The notes under the pieces were generated by a model that was not told the origin of the DNA, searched no databases, and saw only the letters and a program-made list of their open reading frames with translations. DNA of 26,593 bases, from the UHGV virus genome UHGV-1483403. One strand, given 5' to 3'. Source of the stretch: a virus. Positions 7,077-14,858 of the stretch are shown piece by piece. A program made the translations under genes and the position numbers. The first letter of the stretch is position 1. The number at the start of each line of letters is the position of its first letter.

Positions 7077-8502
7077 TTTTTATGCGCCGCCCCATAGCAT
7101 CGAGGCAGAGCAGGCGGTGATTGGTGGATTGCTTCTGGATGATGACAGCAGTGAGCGCGTCCAGAAAGTTCTGGCGATGCTGAAGCCTGACTCATTTTAC
7201 AGCCGGCCACACAAAATCCTTTTCGAAGAAATAACCAGAATGCACCGGGAGCAAAAGCCAGTAGATGGCCTGACGCTTTTCGATGAACTGGAGCGTAAAT
7301 CGTTAATGGCGTCTGTTGGCGGTTTTGCTTATATCGCTGAGATCGCAAAGAACACGCCAAGCGCAGCAAACATCGTTGCCTATGCAATGCAGGTTCGTGA
7401 AACCGCAATGGAACGCTACGCCATCAACCGCATGACTGAAGCGACGGAATTGCTCTATTCCCGCAACGGAATGACTGCAACGCAGAAGTACGAAGCTATT
7501 CAGGCGATTTTCACGCAACTGACAGACCATGCAAAAACCGGATCGCGTCGCGGCCTTCGCTCATTTGGTGAGGTCATGGAAGACTGGGTTAGCGACCTTG
7601 AGAAGCGATTTGACCCGTCAGGCGAACAACGAGGAATGAGCACAGGGATCCCATCGCTGGACAGGATGCTGTCACCGAAAGGTCTGGTGAAAGGCTCTCT
7701 GTTTGTCATTGGCGCTCGCCCTAAGATGGGGAAAACGACGCTATACAGCCAGATGGCAATCAACTGCGCAGTGCATGAGAAAAAGCCCGCTCTGATGTTC
7801 AGCCTTGAAATGCCCGGTGACCAGATACTGGAAAAACTGGTAGGGCAGAAGTCTGGTGTTAACCCGAATATTTTTTACCTTCCGGCGACAAATGACGCTG
7901 ATGACGGCTATCAGGGTGATTACGATGGTGACTTCAACAGGGCGATCGAAACAGCCAATCGCTTGAGTGAAATCGACCTGCTTTACATCGACGACACGCC
8001 GGGATTATCTCTGGCTCAAATCGTCAGCGAAAGCCGTCGAATCAAGCGAGAAAAAGGATGTGTTGGCATGATTCTGGTCGATTACCTGACACTAATGACC
8101 GCTGAAAAGGCCGATCGCAACGACCTTGCTTACGGCATGATCACCAAAGGACTGAAGAACCTTGCCAAAGAGCTTGATTGCGTTGTTGTGCTTCTGACAC
8201 AGCTTAACCGCGCACTGGAAAGCCGAACCAATAAACGCCCATTACCAAGTGACTCACGAGATACAGGGCAGATTGAACAGGATTGCGATTATTGGGTGGG
8301 GATCCATCGTGAAGGTGCTTTTGATGACAGCGTTCCTCCTGGTGAAACCGAACTAATCCTTCGCCTCAATCGTCATGGCAATACCGGCACGGTGTATTGC
8401 ATTCAGGCAAATGGCGCTATTTATGACACAGACCAACAGTCTGCTGAAATGCGCCGCCGTGAACGTGAGGAACCGCAGTCCAAGAAGAAAGGAGGATTCT
8501 GA
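7066..8502 (+). CDS. replicative DNA helicase, DnaB-like (P22 gp12-type)
   Basis: Track ORF 7051..8502; likely ATG at 7066 ([21 protein letters not shown], DnaB N-terminal signature); Walker A GARPKMGKT; Walker B-like ILVDY. Confidence 0.9.
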   Translation: MTDNFYAPPHSIEAEQAVIGGLLLDDDSSERVQKVLAMLKPDSFYSRPHKILFEEITRMHREQKPVDGLTLFDELERKSLMASVGGFAYIAEIAKNTPSAANIVAYAMQVRETAMERYAINRMTEATELLYSRNGMTATQKYEAIQAIFTQLTDHAKTGSRRGLRSFGEVMEDWVSDLEKRFDPSGEQRGMSTGIPSLDRMLSPKGLVKGSLFVIGARPKMGKTTLYSQMAINCAVHEKKPALMFSLEMPGDQILEKLVGQKSGVNPNIFYLPATNDADDGYQGDYDGDFNRAIETANRLSEIDLLYIDDTPGLSLAQIVSESRRIKREKGCVGMILVDYLTLMTAEKADRNDLAYGMITKGLKNLAKELDCVVVLLTQLNRALESRTNKRPLPSDSRDTGQIEQDCDYWVGIHREGAFDDSVPPGETELILRLNRHGNTGTVYCIQANGAIYDTDQQSAEMRRREREEPQSKKKGGF

Positions 8503-8582
8503 TGACCATCTACATCACTGAGCTAATAACAGGCCTGCTGGTAATCGCAGGCCTTTTTATTTGGGGGAGAGGGAAGTCATGA
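8502..8582 (+). CDS. small hydrophobic peptide (26 aa, MTIYITELITGLLVIAGLFIWGRGKS), single predicted transmembrane helix
   Basis: Hand-translated; ATG overlaps the helicase TGA (TGATG) and its TGA overlaps the ninB ATG (ATGA), so it is coupled on both sides. Confidence 0.35.
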   Translation: MTIYITELITGLLVIAGLFIWGRGKS

Positions 8583-9019
8583 AAAAACTAACCTTTGAAA
8601 TTCGATCTCCGGCACATCAGCAAAACGCTATTCACGCAGTACAGCAAATCCTTCCAGACCCAACCAAACCAATCGTAGTAACCATTCAGGAACGCAACCG
8701 CAGCTTAGACCAAAACAGGAAACTATGGGCCTGCTTAGGTGACGTCTCTCGTCAGGTTGAATGGCATGGGCGCTGGCTGGATGCAGAAAGCTGGAAGTGT
8801 GTGTTTACAGCAGCATTAAAGCAGCAGGACGTTGTTCCTAACCTTGCCGGGAATGGCTTTGTGGTAATAGGCCAGTCAACCAGCAGGATGCGAGTAAGCG
8901 AATTTGCGGAGCTATTAGAGCTTATACAGGCATTCGGTACAGAACGTGGCGTTAAGTGGTCAGACGAAGCGCGACTGGCTCTGGAGTGGAAAGCAAGATG
9001 GGGAGATCGGGCTGCATGA
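8579..9019 (+). CDS. ninB: NinB (Orf-family recombination mediator)
   Basis: Track ORF 8561..9019; from the ATG at 8579 the sequence MKKLTFEIRSPAHQQNAIHAVQQILPDPTKPIVV... matches my recollection of lambda NinB. Confidence 0.85.
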   Translation: MKKLTFEIRSPAHQQNAIHAVQQILPDPTKPIVVTIQERNRSLDQNRKLWACLGDVSRQVEWHGRWLDAESWKCVFTAALKQQDVVPNLAGNGFVVIGQSTSRMRVSEFAELLELIQAFGTERGVKWSDEARLALEWKARWGDRAA

Positions 9020-9543
9020 CTATCAAATCAAATACGCCAGCACACGACAAGGACTGCTGGCAAACGCCGCTTTGGCTTTTTGATGCACTGGATATTGAGT
9101 TTGGATTCTGGCTGGATTCGGCAGCGAGCGACAAAAATGCTCTGTGTGCTCACTGGCTAACTGAGGCCGACGACGCGCTAAATTCTGAGTGGATAAGCCA
9201 CGGTGCAATCTGGAATAACCCACCGTACAGCAATATCAGGCCGTGGGTGGAAAAAGCCGCTGAGCAGTGCATACAACAGCGACAGACGGTAGTGATGCTT
9301 GTGCCAGAGGATATGTCAGTCGGATGGTTCAGCAAGGCTCTGGAGAGTATTGACGAAGTTCGCATCATTACTGATGGACGGATTAATTTTATCGAACCAT
9401 CGACAGGGCTGGAGAAGAAGGGAAACAGCAAAGGTTCCATGTTGCTGATTTGGCGACCGTTCATCAGTCCTCGACGGATGTTTACTACCGTATCCAAAGC
9501 GGCATTGATGGCGATCGGGCAGGGCGTCAGGAGGGCGGCATGA
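9016..9543 (+). CDS. DNA N6-adenine methyltransferase, phage Dam-like (orphan)
   Basis: Track ORF 8956..9543; likely ATG at 9016 overlapping the ninB stop; catalytic NPPY motif (IWNNPPYSN); no adjacent restriction endonuclease gene. Confidence 0.8.
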   Translation: MTIKSNTPAHDKDCWQTPLWLFDALDIEFGFWLDSAASDKNALCAHWLTEADDALNSEWISHGAIWNNPPYSNIRPWVEKAAEQCIQQRQTVVMLVPEDMSVGWFSKALESIDEVRIITDGRINFIEPSTGLEKKGNSKGSMLLIWRPFISPRRMFTTVSKAALMAIGQGVRRAA

Positions 9544-9716
9544 GGCGACAGCGACGAAGCATCACCGACATAATCTGCGAAAACTGCAAATACCTTCCAA
9601 CGAAACGCTCCAGAAATAAACGCAAGCCAATCCCAAAAGAATCTGACGTAAAAACCTTCAATTACACAGCTCACCTGTGGGATATCCGGTGGCTAAGATA
9701 TCGTGCGAGGAAATGA
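9540..9716 (+). CDS. ninE: NinE
   Basis: In-frame ATG at 9540 within track ORF 9450..9716; [23 protein letters not shown]... matches my recollection of lambda NinE; overlaps the methyltransferase stop. Confidence 0.8.
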   Translation: MRRQRRSITDIICENCKYLPTKRSRNKRKPIPKESDVKTFNYTAHLWDIRWLRYRARK

Positions 9717-10060
9717 CAATGGATTATTCACAGTTAAGTGATTTTGAAATTAACAGAATGGTAGGAGACATAATTTTTAAAGGCCTTTGGGCAAGTAAAC
9801 CGGAAACATCAGGGAATAACACCAACAAATGGTATTACGGAAATGCTGATACAACTTTTGAGCCATTAAATCATTTGCCTGACTACTGCAATGATCCGAG
9901 CGCTTCATGGCCGATTATTGAGAAATACAGGATTTCTATCTTAGACCAGTTAACTGAATGGTGTGTGGATGCAAAAGGCGTAAGCCCAATATTTGATACC
10001 AGACCTCTCCGCGCCGCCATGATTGTCTTTCTCCTGATGCAGGAGGCCAATAATGCTTAG
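9713..10060 (+). CDS. hypothetical nin-region protein (about 113-115 aa)
   Basis: Track ORF 9677..10060; ATG candidates at 9713 and 9719, the latter 8 nt after a GAGG. No family recognised. Confidence 0.6.
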   Translation: MTMDYSQLSDFEINRMVGDIIFKGLWASKPETSGNNTNKWYYGNADTTFEPLNHLPDYCNDPSASWPIIEKYRISILDQLTEWCVDAKGVSPIFDTRPLRAAMIVFLLMQEANNA

Positions 10061-10229
10061 CCCATCTCAATCCATTCAATACCAGAAAGAAAGCGTCGAG
10101 CGAGCTTTAACGTGCGCTAACTGCGGTCAGAAGCTGCATGTGCTGGAAGTTCACGTGTTCTCCGATTGCTGCGCAGAACTGATGAGCGATCCGAATAGCT
10201 CAATGTACGAGGAAGAAGACGATGAATGA
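10053..10229 (+). CDS. ninF: NinF (58 aa)
   Basis: Hand-translated, below the track cutoff: [35 protein letters not shown]... matches my recollection of lambda NinF; AGGAGG Shine-Dalgarno at 10041-10046. Confidence 0.75.
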   Translation: MLSPSQSIQYQKESVERALTCANCGQKLHVLEVHVFSDCCAELMSDPNSSMYEEEDDE

Positions 10230-10944
10230 GTTAATAAATGGCAATGCCATCAAAATGACAAGCATTGAAATCGCTGAGTTGGTGGGAAGTCGTCCAGATA
10301 ACGTAAAAATATCAATAGAGCGCCTGGCTAAATCTGGAGTTATTCAACTTCCTGCATTGCAGGTTTTCGAAAAAATCAATAACTTAGGACTGCGACGTAG
10401 TGTCGAGGCTTACGTCTTCGAAGGCGAACAAGGTAAGCGCGACAGCATTATTGTCGTCGCTCAGTTGTCGCCGGAATTCACCGCTCGTCTTGTTGACCGT
10501 TGGCGAGAGCTTGAAGAAGCTGCGGTTAATATCCCCAAAACGCTACCAGAAGCGTTGCGCCTTGCTGCTGATCTTGCTGAGCAGAAAATGCAACTGGAAA
10601 ACCAGCTCGCAATTGCCGCACCTAAAGTTGAGTTTGCCGATCGCGTTGGCGAGGCCAGCGGAATTTTGATTGGAAACTTTGCAAAGGTTGTTGGAATTGG
10701 TCCAAACAAACTGTTTGCGTGGATGCGCGATCACAAAATCCTTATTGCTTCAGGTTCCCGGCGCAATGTGCCAATGCAGGAATATATGGATCGCGGCTAT
10801 TTCACAGTGAAAGAAACAGCGGTCAACACAAATCACGGAATACAGATATCGTTCACCACAAAAATCACCGGGCGTGGTCAACAGTGGCTGACCAGAAAGC
10901 TGCTCGATAACGGAATGCTGAAAGTAACCGGGGAGGCTGCTTAA
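10222..10944 (+). CDS. phage antirepressor (Rha-like N-terminal region, KilA-C/Ant-like C-terminal domain)
   Basis: Track ORF; domain-level resemblance to Rha/Ant antirepressors; overlaps the ninF stop. Confidence 0.7.
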   Translation: MNELINGNAIKMTSIEIAELVGSRPDNVKISIERLAKSGVIQLPALQVFEKINNLGLRRSVEAYVFEGEQGKRDSIIVVAQLSPEFTARLVDRWRELEEAAVNIPKTLPEALRLAADLAEQKMQLENQLAIAAPKVEFADRVGEASGILIGNFAKVVGIGPNKLFAWMRDHKILIASGSRRNVPMQEYMDRGYFTVKETAVNTNHGIQISFTTKITGRGQQWLTRKLLDNGMLKVTGEAA

Positions 10945-11234
10945 TGGCTAACCTACGCAAAGAAGCGCGCGGCAGAGAATGCCAGGTACGTATTTACGGC
11001 GTATGCAATGGCAACCCTGAAACTACAGTTCTGGCACATTACCGGATGGCTGGAATTTGCGGAACGGGAATGAAGCCTGACGACCTGATCGGCGCATGGG
11101 CTTGTAGTGACTGCCACGCGGAGATCGACCGACGCACCCATAACCTCGACAACAAAGACGCCAGACTTTATCACCTCGAAGGCGTGATCAGGACGCAGGC
11201 GATCCTGCTGAAGGAGGGGAAGATTAAGCCATGA
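10944..11234 (+). CDS. YbcO-like protein (DUF1364), Cys-rich putative nuclease
   Basis: Track ORF; MANLRKEARGRECQVRIYGVCNGNPETTVLAH... resembles DLP12 YbcO; lies immediately upstream of rusA as in DLP12-type nin regions. Confidence 0.7.
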   Translation: MANLRKEARGRECQVRIYGVCNGNPETTVLAHYRMAGICGTGMKPDDLIGAWACSDCHAEIDRRTHNLDNKDARLYHLEGVIRTQAILLKEGKIKP

Positions 11235-11593
11235 ACGAATATCAGTTTGTGCTTCCTTACCCGCCGTCGGTGAACACCTACTGGCGAAGACGGGGAAGCC
11301 AATACTACATCAGCGATAAAGGCCAGAAATACCGAAAAGACGTTCAGAAAATCATCAACCAACTCAAGTTAGATATTTTCACCAAATCACGACTCCGCAT
11401 CAAAGTAATCGCAGACGTTCCAGACTCCCGCCGCCGCGACCTCGATAACATCCTGAAAGGTTTACTCGACTCCCTTATCCACGCCGGATTTGCGGAAGAC
11501 GACGAGCAATTCGATGACATTCGCGTAATTCGTGGTGTGAAAGTACCAGGCGGACGGCTTGGAATAAAAATCACCGAACTGGAGAACGTATGA
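11231..11593 (+). CDS. rusA: Holliday-junction resolvase RusA
   Basis: Track ORF; conserved RusA motifs (PPSVNTYW, RRRDLDN, GGRLGI...E); occupies the slot of lambda ninG/rap. Confidence 0.85.
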   Translation: MNEYQFVLPYPPSVNTYWRRRGSQYYISDKGQKYRKDVQKIINQLKLDIFTKSRLRIKVIADVPDSRRRDLDNILKGLLDSLIHAGFAEDDEQFDDIRVIRGVKVPGGRLGIKITELENV

Positions 11594-11778
11594 ACGCCAC
11601 AATTCAAACGATACCAGAGCTTCTTATCCAGACACGAGGCAATCAGACCGAAGTGGCGAGGATGCTTTCCTGTGCAAGAGGAACAGTGCTCAAGTACAAC
11701 CGAGACAGCAAAGGTGAGCGTCACGTAATAGTTAACGGCGTCCTGATGGTCAAACAGGGCAGGAGAGGAAGACGATGA
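11590..11778 (+). CDS. ninH: NinH-like protein
   Basis: Track ORF; ...GNQTEVARMLSCARGTVLKY...VNGVLMV parallels lambda NinH; overlaps rusA and Q boundaries. Confidence 0.75.
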   Translation: MNATIQTIPELLIQTRGNQTEVARMLSCARGTVLKYNRDSKGERHVIVNGVLMVKQGRRGRR

Positions 11779-12398
11779 GACTCGAAAGCGTAGCTAAATT
11801 TCATTCGCCAAAAAGCCCGATGATGAGTGACTCACCACGGGCTACGGCTTCTGACTCTCTTTCCGGTACCGATGTGATGGCTGCTATGGGGATGGCGCAA
11901 TCACAAGCAGGATTCGGAATGGCTGCATTCTGCGGTAAGCACGAACTCAGCCAGAACGACAAACAAAAGGCTATCAACTATCTGATGCAATTTGCACACA
12001 AGGTATCGGGGAAATACCGTGGTGTGGCAAAGCTCGAAGGAAATACTAAGGCAAAGGTACTGCAAGTGCTCGCAACATTCGCTTATGCGGATTATTGCCG
12101 TAGTGCCGCGACGCCGGGGGCAAGATGCAGAGATTGCCACGGTACAGGTCGTGCGGTTGATATAGCAAAAACAGAGCAGTGGGGGAGAGTTGTTGAGAAA
12201 GAGTGCGGAAGATGCAAAGGTGTCGGCTATTCAAGAATGCCAGCAAGCGCCGCATATCGCGCTGTAACGATGCTAATCCCAAACCTTACCCAACCCACCT
12301 GGTCACGCACTGTTAAGCCGCTGTATGACGCTCTGGTCGTGCAATGCCACAAGGAAGAGTCAATCGCAGACAACATTTTGAATGAGGTCACACGTTAA
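11775..12398 (+). CDS. Q: late-gene antiterminator Q, lambda type
   Basis: Track ORF; 207 aa, MRLESVAKFHSPKSPMMSDSPRATASDSLSGTDVMAAMG... is essentially identical to lambda Q as I recall it; zinc-binding Cys cluster. Confidence 0.9.
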   Translation: MRLESVAKFHSPKSPMMSDSPRATASDSLSGTDVMAAMGMAQSQAGFGMAAFCGKHELSQNDKQKAINYLMQFAHKVSGKYRGVAKLEGNTKAKVLQVLATFAYADYCRSAATPGARCRDCHGTGRAVDIAKTEQWGRVVEKECGRCKGVGYSRMPASAAYRAVTMLIPNLTQPTWSRTVKPLYDALVVQCHKEESIADNILNEVTR

Positions 12399-12440
12399 CA
12401 GCATGATTGCCACGGATGGCAACATCTTTACGGCATGATA

Positions 12441-12476
12441 TTGACTTTTTGAATGAAGTTGGGTAAATTTGACCCA
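12441..12476 (+). promoter_or_regulatory. late promoter pR' with the Q-utilisation region
   Basis: TTGACT (12441-12446), 17-bp spacer, TAAATT (12464-12469); TTGACTTTTTGAATGAAGTTGGGTAAATTTGAC closely resembles lambda pR'. Confidence 0.7.
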
Positions 12477-12504
12477 ACGATGGATAAATGCACTCGTTAA
12501 ATAA

Positions 12505-12533
12505 AGCCCTGAGTTAATAGCTCGGGGCTTTTT
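12505..12533 (+). terminator. rho-independent terminator about 30-60 nt downstream of the pR' start
   Basis: 8-bp stem GCCCTGAG/CTCGGGGC (one G-U pair) with loop TTAATAG, followed by TTTTT (12529-12533). Confidence 0.6.
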
Positions 12534-12676
12534 GCGTTTTAATCACGACCTTTCTGAAAGCACATCAAACCAAATACCAGACAGACAAAAATAATCACCT
12601 TATCCGCTGTGGCTACGGTGCGGTGTGCTTTGCATAAAAGAAAACCAGCGCAATGGCTGGCTTCGTGAAAGCGGGT

Positions 12677-12711
12677 GGCAAGAGGTTGCGCTAACAACCT
12701 CCTGCCGTTTT
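12677..12711 (+). terminator. second terminator-like hairpin upstream of S (lambda-conserved sequence)
   Basis: 11-bp stem GGCAAGAGGTT/AACCTCCTGCC with one A-C mismatch, followed by GTTTTGCCC; the surrounding sequence matches the lambda late leader from memory. Confidence 0.45.
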
Positions 12712-12810
12712 GCCCGTGCATATCGGTCACGAACAAATCTGATTACTAAACACAGTAGCCTGGATTTGTTCTATCAGTAATCGACCTTATTCCTAATTAA
12801 ATAGAGCAAA

Positions 12811-12831
12811 TCCCCTTATTGGGGGTAAGAC
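12811..12831 (+). promoter_or_regulatory. sdi-like stem-loop controlling the dual starts of S
   Basis: CCCC-TTATT-GGGG hairpin overlapping the Shine-Dalgarno, directly upstream of ATG-AAG-ATG (Met1-Lys2-Met3). Confidence 0.5.
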
Positions 12832-13155
12832 ATGAAGATGCCAGAAAAACATGACCTTTTAGCCGCCATTCTCGCGGCAAAGGAACAAGGCATCGGGGCA
12901 ATCCTTGCGTTTGCAATGGCGTACCTTCGCGGCAGATATAATGGCGGTGCGTTTACAAAAACAGTAATCGACGCAACGATGTGCGCCATTATCGCCTGGT
13001 TCATTCGTGACCTTCTCGACTTCGCCGGACTAAGTAGCAATCTCGCTTATATAACGAGCGTGTTCATCGGCTACATCGGTACTGACTCGATTGGTTCGCT
13101 TATCAAACGCTTCGCTGCTAAAAAAGCCGGAGTAGAAGATGGTGGAAATCAATAA
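12832..13155 (+). CDS. S: holin S (class I, dual-start holin/antiholin)
   Basis: Track ORF; essentially identical to lambda S107 as I recall it ([35 protein letters not shown]...). Confidence 0.9.
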   Translation: MKMPEKHDLLAAILAAKEQGIGAILAFAMAYLRGRYNGGAFTKTVIDATMCAIIAWFIRDLLDFAGLSSNLAYITSVFIGYIGTDSIGSLIKRFAAKKAGVEDGGNQ

Positions 13156-13615
13156 TCAACGTAAGGCGTTCCTCGATATGCTGGCATGGTCAGAAGGAAC
13201 GGATAACGGGCGACAACCGACACGTAACCACGGTTATGATGTTATTGTTGGTGGCGAACTGTTCACTGATTACTCCGATCACCCTCGCAAACTTGTCACG
13301 CTAAACCCAAAACTCAAATCAACAGCCGCCGGACGTTACCAGCTTCTTTCACGCTGGTGGGATGCTTACCGTAAACAGCTTGGCCTGAAAGATTTTTCTC
13401 CAGAAAGCCAGGACGCTGTAGCTCTGCAGCAGATTAAAGAGCGTGGTGCTTTACCGATGATTGACCGCGGCAGTATTCGTCAGGCAATCGACCGTTGCAG
13501 CAATATCTGGGCGTCGTTACCTGGTGCAGGTTACGGTCAGTATGAACATAAAATCGGTGACCTGATTGCCCGATTTAAAAAAGCTGGTGGGGTAGTAAAT
13601 GAAGCTGAGATATAA
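13139..13615 (+). CDS. R: endolysin R (lytic transglycosylase), lambda-like
   Basis: Track ORF; [25 protein letters not shown]... roughly 90 percent identical to lambda R from memory; start overlaps the S stop. Confidence 0.9.
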   Translation: MVEINNQRKAFLDMLAWSEGTDNGRQPTRNHGYDVIVGGELFTDYSDHPRKLVTLNPKLKSTAAGRYQLLSRWWDAYRKQLGLKDFSPESQDAVALQQIKERGALPMIDRGSIRQAIDRCSNIWASLPGAGYGQYEHKIGDLIARFKKAGGVVNEAEI

Positions 13616-13991
13616 GCTGGTTATTGTTGCCTTCGTTGTTACCGTCATTGGTTCCTTCATCTGGTCTGCTGGGCATTACTACAGCAAATATCAGCACGAA
13701 AAGGAGCGTGCTGATGAGGCTGTACGAAATGCTGAATCAGCAACTGCCATTACCCGTAACGTTCTGCAATCACTGCAAATCATCAATACAGTTATAGAGG
13801 CTAACCAGCATGCAAAAGAGCAGATCGCACTGGACGCATCGGGAGCCTCGGCTGATATCCGGGTTGCTGTTGCGAATGATGATTGCACTAATCGCCATGT
13901 CCCTGCTGGCGCAGTTAAGCGGCTGCAACAATTCGCGAACGGTCTACGTCAAAGTGCCGGTAGTCCCGTTACCGGCCAGCCTGACGGCTGA
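13599..13991 (+). CDS. Rz: i-spanin Rz (non-lambda family)
   Basis: Track ORF; N-terminal transmembrane segment LVIVAFVVTVIGSFIW followed by a coiled-coil-like periplasmic region; overlaps the R stop. Confidence 0.75.
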   Translation: MKLRYKLVIVAFVVTVIGSFIWSAGHYYSKYQHEKERADEAVRNAESATAITRNVLQSLQIINTVIEANQHAKEQIALDASGASADIRVAVANDDCTNRHVPAGAVKRLQQFANGLRQSAGSPVTGQPDG

Positions 13992-14133
13992 CACCCCGCA
14001 ACCGGAAATCCCTGACAACCTGACGTGGGGCCAGAGCCTAGATTTAAACGTCAGTCTCCTATCAGCGCTTGGGCAGTGCAACCGGGATAAGGCAGATATT
14101 AGGCAAGCTGTAAAGAAACAAGCGGGCCAATAA
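13876..14133 (+). CDS. Rz1: o-spanin Rz1 (lipoprotein) in the +1 frame, extending past the Rz stop
   Basis: In-frame ATG at 13876 within track ORF 13810..14133; signal peptide with lipobox LAQLSG|C; proline-rich mature region; ends 142 nt beyond Rz. Confidence 0.6.
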   Translation: MMIALIAMSLLAQLSGCNNSRTVYVKVPVVPLPASLTADTPQPEIPDNLTWGQSLDLNVSLLSALGQCNRDKADIRQAVKKQAGQ

Positions 14134-14155
14134 GCCCGCACTTATGGAGGATTCA
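14122..14155 (-). terminator. strand-specific terminator for the minus-strand moron gene
   Basis: Hairpin GCGGGC-CAATAA-GCCCGC (14122-14139). On the minus transcript it sits 22 nt after the ClpP-like stop and is followed by UUGUUUCUUUA; on the plus (late) transcript no U-run follows. Confidence 0.4.
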
Positions 14156-14160
14156 AAATG

Positions 14161-14721
14161 TTACAGAACCCACCACCTGATCGAATCTGTGGGTATGGTT
14201 GCAGCCTCGACATTCTGGATCATACCCAACTCGGTGGCCCTTCCCGGATCAATGATGGTTGCAGAAGTGATCAAATTAGCCCAGTCAATTTGCTCATCTG
14301 GGGCTACAGCGAGAGCCTCGATATTCATCACCTGCACAAATCTTTGCAAGTCGTCATCCAGACATGCCGCCCATTCCCTAAGCCTGAGGTGATCTGCTTG
14401 TGGGGCGGCAAATCCCCAATGTAAAGGATGTAATAAAAATCGCGAGAGAGGATTAGCAAACCGCTCAGATCCAGCCATGAAAATAACATTTGCTATAGAT
14501 TCCACGTTACTAAGGTTATGTGTCTTCACCTTTACAGGAAGAGACTTAAGAAAGTTGTATGCGGTAAAACCTGCAACGGTATCTCCACCTTTACTAGAGA
14601 TGTAAATCCTGATCTCAGAGGCTGGTTGGTTAGGGCTTGATATCGCTTTGAGGCAAACATCCATAAGGCTGGATACAGAAGCAACTGTCACATCTGTCAT
14701 GAAGTGTACGGTATGGATCAT
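14161..14721 (-). CDS. ClpP-fold (S14-like) serine peptidase homologue, stand-alone, lacking the N-terminal axial-loop region
   Basis: Track ORF; by-eye alignment to E. coli ClpP: IRIYISSKGGDTVAG vs IYLYINSPGGVITAG; NVESIANVIFMAG vs GQAASMGAFLLTAG (Ser aligned to the catalytic Ser); RFANPLSRFLLHPL vs RFCLPNSRVMIHQPL (His aligned to the catalytic His). Convergent to the late operon, between Rz1 and terminase. Confidence 0.65.
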   Translation of the reverse strand: MIHTVHFMTDVTVASVSSLMDVCLKAISSPNQPASEIRIYISSKGGDTVAGFTAYNFLKSLPVKVKTHNLSNVESIANVIFMAGSERFANPLSRFLLHPLHWGFAAPQADHLRLREWAACLDDDLQRFVQVMNIEALAVAPDEQIDWANLITSATIIDPGRATELGMIQNVEAATIPTDSIRWWVL

Positions 14722-14788
14722 TTAAGTTTCCCAGAGATATGCCGCAATTGGCATTTTCATAATGCACATAAAGTGAAAGGTTTTCTGC

Positions 14789-14803
14789 GTAAACCCGGAT
14801 GAA
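14789..14803. promoter_or_regulatory. 15-bp perfect palindrome ATGAAAT-T-ATTTCAT upstream of the ClpP-like gene
   Basis: Exact inverted repeat, about 70-80 bp upstream (minus-strand sense) of the ClpP-like start. Confidence 0.3.
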
Positions 14804-14823
14804 ATTATTTCATGAAGTAAGGC

Positions 14824-14858
14824 ATTACAGAAGCCCTTCATTGAGGGGCTTCGATAAT
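14824..14858 (-). other. conserved stem-loop element, copy 1 (7-bp stem GAAGCCC/GGGCTTC, 9-nt loop TTCATTGAG, 4-bp flanking helix)
   Basis: Same architecture and near-identical loop as copy 2 at 15019-15053; stems differ by compensatory changes; a G-U pair forms only on the minus-strand RNA. Confidence 0.5.

Noticed and set aside
7037-7408. 123-aa minus-strand ORF across the O-like/helicase junction
   Set aside because: Antisense to the DnaB-like helicase N-terminus; Arg/Cys/His-rich composition typical of spurious frames.
9150-9674. 174-aa minus-strand ORF antisense to the Dam-like methyltransferase and ninE
   Set aside because: The sense strand encodes proteins with recognisable motifs (NPPY, NinE sequence); the antisense frame lacks a Shine-Dalgarno and would interrupt the coupled nin operon.
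12539-12736. 65-aa minus-strand ORF in the late leader between pR' and S
   Set aside because: It spans a terminator hairpin and a region that matches the lambda non-coding late leader; no Shine-Dalgarno; composition looks like antisense of structured DNA.
14144-14424. Two plus-strand ORFs (82 and 88 aa) opposite the ClpP-like gene
   Set aside because: Both lie entirely within the ClpP-like coding region on the other strand, which has full-length family-level similarity; the plus-strand frames have no homology signal or Shine-Dalgarno.
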